Source of the DNA: Thermoanaerobaculia bacterium
GTDB taxonomy: Bacteria; Acidobacteriota; Thermoanaerobaculia; UBA5066; Gp7-AA6
Direction of reading: 5' to 3'
Length of the DNA: 64,000 bases
NCBI GenBank assembly: GCA_036505535.1
Contig: DASXTI010000179.1
Coordinates: forward strand, 4,688 to 68,687
Each line of letters opens with the position of its first letter. Position 1 is the stretch's first letter. Below the pieces are notes generated by a model. It was not told the origin of the DNA and did no database searches. It worked only from the letters and a program-made list of their open reading frames with translations. This document shows, piece after piece, positions 44,767 through 56,116 of this stretch. Position numbers and translations under genes: made by a program.

Positions 44767-45609
44767 GTGAAAAAGTACAACACGATCATCTTCGTTCCCC
44801 ATGCCCGGGCGCGATTTCGCAAGCTCACCATCTCCACGCGCTTCCTCGGCCTCTCGGCCGTCGCCGCCGCGACCCTCTTCGTCGCGGCGATTGCGTTTGC
44901 ATGGGCCTTCTTCGCGTCGGCTCGGAGCGACCATCAGTACCGTCTCGCGATGGCCGAGAACCAGAAGCTGCGCTCGACGTCGGCCCTCCTCCACCAGCGC
45001 CTCGACGGGATCTCCAAGCAGCTTTCCGATTTCGAAGCACGGACGCGGCGGCTCGCGATCGTCGCCGGACTGGCTGATTCCGTGCGCGGCGGCGTGGGCG
45101 GACCCGGAGCGACCCAGGGCCGAATGGACTCCCTCTCGGATCAGAGTGCCCTCCTCTCCTCGCGCCTCTCCCTGCTGGAAGCCGAGTTCTCGAAGCGCTC
45201 GACCTTGATCGCGACCACTCCAACGGTCTGGCCGGTGCATGGCGTCGTCAACTCGGGATTCGGCATGCGGACCGATCCGTTCACCGGCCTGCCGGCTTAC
45301 CACGAAGGCGTCGACATCTCGACCGCCCGAAGCGAGCCGGTGCTCGCCACCGCGGACGGAATCGTCCGGAGGAGCGGCTGGGCCGGCGAGTACGGAAAGT
45401 CGATCGAGATCGCCCATGGCGACCGGTATCAGACCCTCTACGGCCACCTCGAGGAAATGCTCGTGCAGGAGGGGGACGAGGTCCGCCGTGGGGATCGCGT
45501 CGGTCTCGTTGGCTCGACCGGCCGCTCGACCGCACCGCATCTTCATTATGAGGTGCATGCCGACGAGCATCCGGTCAATCCGCTCGAGTACATTCTGGAG
45601 AGTCGGTAG
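44767..45609 (+). CDS. M23 family metallopeptidase (EnvC/NlpD-like, N-terminal TM and coiled coil)
   Basis: ORF 44767..45609 (GTG, SD GAAGGAG). Motifs HEGVDI and GSTGRSTAPHLHYEVH. Confidence 0.88.
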   Translation: MKKYNTIIFVPHARARFRKLTISTRFLGLSAVAAATLFVAAIAFAWAFFASARSDHQYRLAMAENQKLRSTSALLHQRLDGISKQLSDFEARTRRLAIVAGLADSVRGGVGGPGATQGRMDSLSDQSALLSSRLSLLEAEFSKRSTLIATTPTVWPVHGVVNSGFGMRTDPFTGLPAYHEGVDISTARSEPVLATADGIVRRSGWAGEYGKSIEIAHGDRYQTLYGHLEEMLVQEGDEVRRGDRVGLVGSTGRSTAPHLHYEVHADEHPVNPLEYILESR

Positions 45610-45668
45610 TCTGTAGTTGGGACCAGCCGACTACCGACTACCGACTACCGACTACCGACTACCGACTG
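45601..45668. repeat. Heptad-repeat hairpin (TAGTCGG-type units versus 5 perfect plus 1 variant CCGACTA) at the M23 peptidase 3' end
   Basis: 45601-45621 reads AGTCGG TAGTCTG TAGTTGG G and includes stop TAG 45607-09. 45627-45668 is (CCGACTA)x5 plus CCGACTG. Confidence 0.85.
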
Positions 45669-45737
45669 ACCCTCGACCCTCCCGAAACTCACGAATCCGA
45701 AATAAACTGTGTCGGGTAAGGTGTTAACCGCCTAAAT

Positions 45738-50035
<4,298 letters not shown>

Positions 50036-50038
50036 GAC

Positions 50039-50114
50039 ATTGCCGATTGAAGATTGACGATGGAAGATTGAAAGCCCCGAACAAATCGTCAATCTTCAAT
50101 CGGCAATCATCAAT
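50039..50114. repeat. Heptad-repeat hairpin with a perfect 22-bp stem between convergent guaB and rarA
   Basis: 50040-50061 (TTGCCGATTGAAGATTGACGAT) is exactly complementary to 50085-50106. The right arm extends into the rarA stop (50110-12). Confidence 0.9.
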
Positions 50115-51501
50115 TCTTCCTCTTCTTCCTCTTCTCCTTCTCCTCTTCCTCCTTGGCCCACTTCTGCTGTCGGAGCTTGAGCACCGCCTCGAGCCGCCGG
50201 GACAGCTCCGCCTCCTCACCGGAAGCGCGCGGACGATAGTAGCGCCGGCCGCGCAGGCTCTCGGGAAGACACTCGATTCCTCCCACTCCCTCCGGCTCCG
50301 CATGCGCATAGCGGTAGCCGCGCCCATATCCGACTTCGCGCATCAGCTTCGTGACGGCATTCCGGATGACGGGCGGCACCGGTTCCGCCGGCTTCTCGGC
50401 GACGTCTTTCTTCGCCTCCCCCTCCGCTTGGTAAAGGGCGTTCGACTTCGGCGCCAGAGCGCAGTAGACGGCGCCCTGCGCCAGGGCGAGCGATCCCTCG
50501 GGCATTCCGAGGAAATCGAACGCGTCCTTGGCGTCGAGCGCGACGCGCAACGCCCGCGGATCGGCCAGACCGACGTCCTCCGAGGCGAAGCGCACGATCC
50601 GCCGGGCCAGGTACAGCGGCTCCTCCCCCGCCTCGAGCATCCGGACGAGCCAGTAGATCGTGGCGTCGGGGTCCGACTCCCGCATCGACTTGTGGAGCGC
50701 GGAGATCAAGTTGTAATGCTCTTCCCCCGCCTTGTCGTAAAGAAGGACCTTGCGTTGCAGCAGGTCCCGCAGCTTTCCGACCTCGATTGTCTTGGCCTTG
50801 GCCGCCTCGGCGTCGGCCGCCGCCGCCTCGAGCAGGTTCAGCGCGCGCCGCGCATCACCGCCCGAGGCTTGCGCGATGAAGGAGAGGGCCTCATCGTCGA
50901 GCCGAAAGTCTCGCGCGCCGAGGCCGCGCGAGATGTCCCGCAGCGCGCGCTCGACGATCCGAGCAATCGCCTCGGGAGCCAGAGGCTCTAAGACCACAAC
51001 CTTGCAGCGGGAGAGCAGCGCGCCGTTCAATTCGAACGACGGGTTCTCCGTCGTCGCCCCCACCAGCACGATGTCCCCCGACTCGACGTACGGCAGGAAG
51101 ACGTCCTGCTGCGAGCGGTTGAAACGGTGGATCTCGTCGAGGAACAAGATCGTGCGCTTGCCATGTCGCGCGCGCATGCCACGTCCCTGTTCCAACACCT
51201 CGCGCATTTCCTTCACGCCCGTCGCTACCGCCGAGTAGGAGAGGAACAGCGAGGACGTCTGTGATGCGATCAGTCGCGCAAGGGTCGTCTTCCCGACGCC
51301 GGGAGGGCCCCACAGGATGAGCGACGGCACCCGGTCCTCGGCGATCGCCCGGCGAAGAAAACCATTGGTGCCGACGACCTCCGCCGGCCCCTCCACCTCG
51401 TCGAGGGAGCGTGGGCGCATCCGGTCCGCGAGCGGCGTGGCAAGAGGAAAAACGTCGCCGGTAGCCCGCTTCGGTTCTTCCTCGAAAAGCCGGCCGCTCA
51501 C
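50110..51501 (-). CDS. rarA: Replication-associated recombination protein A (AAA+ ATPase RarA/MgsA)
   Basis: ORF 50110..51603 trimmed to GTG 51501 (overlaps the upstream TGA). Motifs PLADRMRPRSLDEV, GPPGVGKTT, LFLDEIHRFN and the MgsA C-terminal domain. Lys/Glu-rich tail. Confidence 0.9.
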   Translation of the reverse strand: MSGRLFEEEPKRATGDVFPLATPLADRMRPRSLDEVEGPAEVVGTNGFLRRAIAEDRVPSLILWGPPGVGKTTLARLIASQTSSLFLSYSAVATGVKEMREVLEQGRGMRARHGKRTILFLDEIHRFNRSQQDVFLPYVESGDIVLVGATTENPSFELNGALLSRCKVVVLEPLAPEAIARIVERALRDISRGLGARDFRLDDEALSFIAQASGGDARRALNLLEAAAADAEAAKAKTIEVGKLRDLLQRKVLLYDKAGEEHYNLISALHKSMRESDPDATIYWLVRMLEAGEEPLYLARRIVRFASEDVGLADPRALRVALDAKDAFDFLGMPEGSLALAQGAVYCALAPKSNALYQAEGEAKKDVAEKPAEPVPPVIRNAVTKLMREVGYGRGYRYAHAEPEGVGGIECLPESLRGRRYYRPRASGEEAELSRRLEAVLKLRQQKWAKEEEEKEKRKKRKN

Positions 51502-51761
51502 TTCGCCTCCAGAGCCTTTCGGCACTCGGGGGAGCAGACGGCAACGATCTCTTCCCCGCGCCTCCCCGAGAGCGCCAGTCGCCGATCGATCCAGGTCCCG
51601 CATACCGGATCCCGCACCATTTCCTCTTCGCGCGTGCCGCCCGGCCGAACGCCCGCACGTGAACCCGGCCGCCCGAGAACGGCCGCCAGGAAGATTCGCA
51701 GCCCGCGCAGAACGACCAGAAACAGGAAGACCGCGAAAAGAAGCAGGACGACGCGGACCAT
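51498..51761 (-). CDS. Small membrane protein with a C-terminal YHS/TRASH-type Cys motif
   Basis: ORF 51498..51761. One TM segment, then DPVCGTWI...VAVCSPECRKAL. ATGA overlap upstream and GTGA overlap downstream. Confidence 0.6.
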   Translation of the reverse strand: MVRVVLLLFAVFLFLVVLRGLRIFLAAVLGRPGSRAGVRPGGTREEEMVRDPVCGTWIDRRLALSGRRGEEIVAVCSPECRKALEAK

Positions 51762-52327
51762 CAGGCGGCCGCGCGAAGGCTCGAGATCTGAACCTGGATT
51801 CTCTCGAGCTGCGGTATCTCCGGGTAACGTCTCTTCAATTCGTCGAACGCGCGCTGGGCCGCTCCGGCGTCCTTTCGATCGAAAGCTTCGACGAGAACCA
51901 GGTTCAAGAGCGATTGCCAGTGATTGGGGTCGCTCTCGCGCGCCTTCGAAAAGTAGGCGACCGCGAGATTGAATTCCCCCCGGTTACGGTAAGCGGCTCC
52001 GAGATCGGAGAGAAGATTCGGATTCTTGGGGGCCTTTCGCCGAGCCTTTTCGTAGAGTGCGATGGCCTTATCCCACTCCTCCCGGTCGTAATAGACGTTG
52101 CCGAGGTCCATCAATAACTCCGGGTTTTCGGGATCCCGGTCGACGGCCCGCTTCAGATCTCCGAGGCGATCCCCCCCCGTCGCCGCCGGGGCCGCCGGAG
52201 AAGCGGAAGGTACCCCCTCCGGTCGCCCTCCCCCGCCGGCGAAGTACCCCGCGCCGAACCCGATCAGCGCGCCCACCAGAAGGGTCACGATCGATTGCGC
52301 GGCGAAGGATCTCCTCGGCGCCTCCAT
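51761..52327 (-). CDS. Membrane-anchored TPR-repeat protein
   Basis: ORF 51761..52327. One TM segment plus three TPR-like repeats (LGNVYYDREEWDKAIALYEKA, LGAAYRNRGEFNLAVAYFSKA). Confidence 0.7.
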   Translation of the reverse strand: MEAPRRSFAAQSIVTLLVGALIGFGAGYFAGGGGRPEGVPSASPAAPAATGGDRLGDLKRAVDRDPENPELLMDLGNVYYDREEWDKAIALYEKARRKAPKNPNLLSDLGAAYRNRGEFNLAVAYFSKARESDPNHWQSLLNLVLVEAFDRKDAGAAQRAFDELKRRYPEIPQLERIQVQISSLRAAA

Positions 52328-52432
52328 TGCTCCATTCTCTCAGACTTTGCCCGCCAGCCCCGGTATCGCGGCCGATGATCGGCAGCCGGAGACGCCACAA
52401 ACGTCGGGCGGAGTAGGCTCGAGTCGGCGAGC

Positions 52433-52458
52433 AATAAAAAGGGCGGCTTGCGCCGCCC
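52433..52458 (-). terminator. Rho-independent terminator of carD
   Basis: Minus strand reads GGGCGGC-GCAA-GCCGCCC followed by TTTTTATT, about 25 nt after the carD stop. Confidence 0.8.
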
Positions 52459-52482
52459 GTCCTTGCCCACGACTCGCCGGAA

Positions 52483-52998
52483 TCAGTGAGCCGTGGCGCG
52501 GCTCGAGGCCGATCGTGCGAGCGCCTTGTCCACCTGACGCTCGACTTCCTTCTCATCGAGATTGTTGATGACCGCAATCTCCGAGACGATCAGATACTTC
52601 GCCCGCTCGTACATCTTCTTCTCGCGAAACGACAGCGTCTTGCGGGACGAAATGAAGTTGAGTGTCTTCAATACGTCGGCGATCTCGTGGAGCTGACCGC
52701 TCTTCATCTTGTCCAGGTTCTGCTTGTAACGACCCTTCCAATCCCCCGTGGCAGAGAAACGCCCGTCCGCCAGCAGCTTCATGAGACCCGTGATGTCCTT
52801 TCGCTGAGTCAGCCTTCGAAGGCCGATCAGACCCGTGTTCCCGATCGGCACCATGACACGGGAATTGTTCGACAGGAGACGGAGATGATAGAAGCTGCGC
52901 GGAGCCGCCGGTTCCGACGCGAAACCCTCGCCGATCTTTTCGACGACCGAGACCCCGTGGTTGGGGTACACAATCTTCTCTCCCACCTTAAATCCCAC
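52483..52998 (-). CDS. carD: CarD/CdnL family RNA polymerase-binding transcription factor
   Basis: ORF 52483..52998 (GTG, SD AGGAGG). N-terminus FKVGEKIVYPNHGVSVVEKI (TRCF-RID-like) and a helical C-domain. Confidence 0.9.
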   Translation of the reverse strand: MGFKVGEKIVYPNHGVSVVEKIGEGFASEPAAPRSFYHLRLLSNNSRVMVPIGNTGLIGLRRLTQRKDITGLMKLLADGRFSATGDWKGRYKQNLDKMKSGQLHEIADVLKTLNFISSRKTLSFREKKMYERAKYLIVSEIAVINNLDEKEVERQVDKALARSASSRATAH

Positions 52999-53045
52999 TC
53001 AATCCTCCTAAAAGAAGTTCAAAAGACCTGTGCCGGGAGCCAAGA

Positions 53046-53074
53046 ATTATAGGCAAAAAGAGGGCAGAACTCAA
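53046..53074 (-). promoter_or_regulatory. Putative sigma70 promoter of carD (TTGAGT-N17-TATAAT on the minus strand)
   Basis: Plus-strand ATTATA at 53046-51 and ACTCAA at 53069-74. About 45 nt upstream of the start. Confidence 0.5.
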
Positions 53075-53331
53075 TCCTTAACGGGCGCTCGGACGGTTGG
53101 AACTTATGCTATTTCAGCAAGTTACACTGTCGCTGTGACCGCCGTCACAGTGTCGCCGGCCGTGACCGACAGCCAAGTGCCGTCGCCTCAGTAAGTTCTG
53201 CGCGTAGCGTGGTCTTCACAGGGACTCGATCGCCCGCGCGATCCCGGAACGACATTTGCACCCTTCGATCGCGAGGGCGAGGCCGCCTCGATAAGGACTT
53301 CGTGAGCACGCAACCCACGGATTGAAGATCG

Positions 53332-54048
53332 ATGCCCACAGCCGAAGGAGCCGCTCCGTTCGTCCCGAAGACCCGGAACCTCGACCGCTTGCGTCGCGCC
53401 GCGGCGACGTGTCGGGGCTGCGACCTCTATCGCCGGGCCACGCAAACCGTCTTTGGCCTGGGAGCGCCCGATGCTCGAGTCGTCCTCGTCGGAGAGCAGC
53501 CGGGAGATCAAGAGGACCGGCAGGGAGCGCCCTTCGTCGGACCCGCGGGAGATGTGCTGCGGCGAGCACTCTTGGAGGCGGGCATACCCTTGGACAAGGT
53601 CTACCTCACCAATGTCGTCAAGCACTTCAAGTTTGAGGAGCGCGGCAAGCGCCGAATTCACAAGAAGCCGGGTCGGACGGAGATCGTCGCATGCCGCCCG
53701 TGGCTCAATGCGGAGCTCGAAGCCATACGCCCGGACGTCGTCGTCTCGCTCGGAGCGACGGCGGCACAGGCGATCATGGGCTCCCGCTTTCAGCTCATGA
53801 AGGATCGCGGTCGGTTTCTGCCGACTAGCCAGGCGCCGAAGTTGCTGGCGACCCTCCATCCCTCGGCGGTTCTGCGCGCTCCCGAGAGAGCCGACCGGCA
53901 CCGCCTCTACCGTCTATTGACTGCCGACTTCCGTGTGGTTGCCTCGGAACTCGACGGCGCAAGCCGGGGCCGCGCGAGAATGGCTCGAAAGCGCCCTGCG
54001 AGCCGGATTCTTGTGGCCAAGGGACGCCTCGCCACTCCTCGCGGCTGA
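53332..54048 (+). CDS. udgX: Family 4-type uracil-DNA glycosylase of the UdgX subtype
   Basis: ORF 53332..54048. Motif A GEQPGDQED, motif B HPSAVLR, Fe-S cysteines (CRGC...C), and the UdgX-specific loop KRRIH (aa 106-110, nt 53647-53661). Colinear with M. smegmatis UdgX as I recall it. Confidence 0.85.
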   Translation: MPTAEGAAPFVPKTRNLDRLRRAAATCRGCDLYRRATQTVFGLGAPDARVVLVGEQPGDQEDRQGAPFVGPAGDVLRRALLEAGIPLDKVYLTNVVKHFKFEERGKRRIHKKPGRTEIVACRPWLNAELEAIRPDVVVSLGATAAQAIMGSRFQLMKDRGRFLPTSQAPKLLATLHPSAVLRAPERADRHRLYRLLTADFRVVASELDGASRGRARMARKRPASRILVAKGRLATPRG

Positions 54049-54249
54049 ATTTCGTCGCGACGCTCGCGCCGGAGCCTGATTTCGGCCAAGGAATTCTGCA
54101 GCGAGACAAGCGGGTTCGCATTCCGATCGGGCCTTCTTGAGATGGAGAGTCGGCTGGCTTGCTTCTTGCTCCTTGACTTGTGTGGTTGGCGTGTGCGGCG
54201 TTCGATAACCAGCGCCGCACCACGATTCAACCAGACCGGAGGTCTTGCA

Positions 54250-54816
54250 ATGGCGAACAGACTGGAGGGAAAGAGAGTCGCCATCCTCGTCGCCGATGGC
54301 TTCGAGCAGATCGAGCTCACCGGCCCCCGAGAGGCGCTCGGTCGCGCGGGCGCTCGCACCTTCATCGTTTCGCCGTCCCCGAAGGCGGTGAAAGGCTGGA
54401 ACGTCAACGAATGGGGGGATAAGTTCCCTGTCGACAAGCCGCTCGACGAGGCCCGGCCGGAGGAGTACGACGCGCTGCTACTGCCCGGCGGCGTGATGAA
54501 CCCGGATCGGCTGCGCCGCAACTACAAGGCGCTGGCCTTCGTTCGCTCCTTCTTCGACGCCGGCAAGCCCATCGCGGCAATCTGCCACGCGCCGTGGACG
54601 CTGATTGACGCGGGCGCGGTCCGCGGGCGTCGGCTGACCTCCTACGAATCCATTCAATCCGACCTCAAGAACGCGGGAGCTCAGTGGGTCGACCGGGAGG
54701 TCGTGGTCGACGACGGTCTGGTGACCAGCCGGAAGCCCTCGGATATCCCCGCCTTCGTCGAGAAGATGATCGAAGAATTCTCTCGGGGTCGGCACGAGCA
54801 ACTTCGCGCCGGCTGA
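54250..54816 (+). CDS. DJ-1/PfpI family protein (type 1 glutamine amidotransferase-like; general stress protein 18 type)
   Basis: ORF 54142..54816 trimmed to ATG 54250 (MANRLEGKRVAILVADGFEQIEL). Nucleophile elbow AICHAPW. Confidence 0.88.
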   Translation: MANRLEGKRVAILVADGFEQIELTGPREALGRAGARTFIVSPSPKAVKGWNVNEWGDKFPVDKPLDEARPEEYDALLLPGGVMNPDRLRRNYKALAFVRSFFDAGKPIAAICHAPWTLIDAGAVRGRRLTSYESIQSDLKNAGAQWVDREVVVDDGLVTSRKPSDIPAFVEKMIEEFSRGRHEQLRAG

Positions 54817-54844
54817 TGATCAACCCTTTTTTCTTTTCAGGAGG

Positions 54845-55219
54845 TTGTCGATGGCCATACAGACGACAGCAGAACGGAGAACGCTCACCGCGAGCACTCT
54901 GACGGGCAACGCCGTTCGCAACTCGCAAGGCGAGAGGCTTGGAAAGATCGAAGACTTCATGCTCGATTTGGAGACGGGCCGGATCGCCTATTGTGTTCTT
55001 TCCTTCGGAGGTTTTCTGGGGATGGGCGACAAGCTCTTCGCGGTTCCCTGGAACGCGATGACGCTCGACATGGTCAACCACGAGTTCATCCTCGATGTGC
55101 CCCAAGAGCGCCTGAAGCAAGCGCCCGGGTTCGACAAGGACAATTGGCCCGACATCTCGGATCGTCAGTGGGGTTCGCGCGTGTTTGCTTTCTACAACGT
55201 GGCGCCCTACTGGGAATAG
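54845..55219 (+). CDS. PRC-barrel domain protein
   Basis: ORF 54845..55219. Typical VRNSQGERLGKIEDFMLDLETGRIAYCVLSFGGFLGMGDKLFAVPW. Confidence 0.85.
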   Translation: MSMAIQTTAERRTLTASTLTGNAVRNSQGERLGKIEDFMLDLETGRIAYCVLSFGGFLGMGDKLFAVPWNAMTLDMVNHEFILDVPQERLKQAPGFDKDNWPDISDRQWGSRVFAFYNVAPYWE

Positions 55220-55233
55220 CGTGCGGCGGAGCA

Positions 55234-55270
55234 GCGGCGCGGGACTTCTGGTTCCGCGCCGCTTCGTTTT
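55234..55270 (+). terminator. Rho-independent terminator after the PRC-barrel gene
   Basis: GCGGCGCGGGA...TCCGCGCCGC stem followed by TTCGTTTTCG. Confidence 0.6.
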
Positions 55271-55294
55271 CGTCGCGCGCTCGCAGGAGGCCCC

Positions 55295-56071
55295 ATGGAA
55301 CCAGTCGTGGGAATCTTTCCTTCCCGTTCCACAGCGACGAGCGCTGCTCTCGATCTGCGTTCGAGAGGATTCGCACCGGAACGGGTGCAACTGCTTCTTC
55401 CGCAGGAAGTCTCCGGCGAGCTGGCGAGGGTCCCCACGGAGGAGGCCGAGCAATCCGGGGTGGGCCAGGCGGTGGGCGGAGTCGTCGGCGGCGCGCTCGG
55501 CGCCTCGGCGGGCCTCGGCCTCGGGACCGCGGTAGCGAGCGTGCTGGTGCCCGGTGTCGGCGCCGTGACGGCGATCGGTCTGGCGGCGGCTGCTCTGTTC
55601 GGAGCCGGGGGCGCCCTCGGAGGAGCAGCGGCAGGAGGCGCGTTGGAGGAAAAGACGCGCCACGGCCTGCCCAAGGACGAGCTTTATCTGTACGAAGACG
55701 CGCTCGCGCACGGGCGGTCGGTCGTCTTCGCGATGCCCGAATCCGAGGAAGAGGCCGAAACCGCCCGTCGAGTGCTGGAGAACACCGGCGCCGAGAGCCT
55801 GGACAAAGCGCGGGAGGCATGGTGGGTCGGACTGCGGGACGCGGAAAAGGCGCACTACGAAACCTCGGAGAAAGACTTCTCCTCCGTCGAGACGCACTAC
55901 CGAAGAGGATTCGTGGCCGCCCTGCACCCCGATACTCGCGGGATTCCGTACGAGAAGGCCCGTGCCCTTCTGCGCGATCGCGCGGGTGACGTCGTCGATC
56001 ACGATGCTTTTCGCCTCGGCTATGAGCGCGCTTCGGCTCGTGCGCGGCGGCCCGAGCCGGCTGGCCGCTGA
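55295..56071 (+). CDS. General-stress-protein-17M (YflT)-like protein with a central glycine-zipper segment
   Basis: ORF 55295..56071. N-terminus VVGIFPSRSTATSAALDLRSRGF resembles the YflT domain. Gly/Ala-rich hydrophobic stretch GVGQAVGGVVGGALGASAGLGLG... Confidence 0.65.
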   Translation: MEPVVGIFPSRSTATSAALDLRSRGFAPERVQLLLPQEVSGELARVPTEEAEQSGVGQAVGGVVGGALGASAGLGLGTAVASVLVPGVGAVTAIGLAAAALFGAGGALGGAAAGGALEEKTRHGLPKDELYLYEDALAHGRSVVFAMPESEEEAETARRVLENTGAESLDKAREAWWVGLRDAEKAHYETSEKDFSSVETHYRRGFVAALHPDTRGIPYEKARALLRDRAGDVVDHDAFRLGYERASARARRPEPAGR

Positions 56072-56116
56072 TTGGCGGGGCCCCCCGTCCGAGAAGCCCC
56101 CGGGCTCCGCCGGGCC

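Noticed and set aside
53096-53112. Sigma-54-like TGGAAC...GCT sequence in the carD/udgX intergenic region.
   Set aside because: GG-to-GC spacing is about 9 nt instead of the 12 nt implied by TGGCACG-N4-TTGC, so it does not fit the -24/-12 geometry.
52999-53331. The 330-bp carD/udgX intergenic region, and other gaps over 100 bp, checked by eye for tRNA, small RNA or small ORFs.
   Set aside because: No tRNA-like T-loop or acceptor pattern was seen, and the only ORF (53145..53339, minus strand) is Arg-rich junk. Contains a short palindrome CTGTGAC-CGCC-GTCACAG (about 53139-53156) that I could not interpret. A covariance-model scan would be needed to exclude sRNAs.
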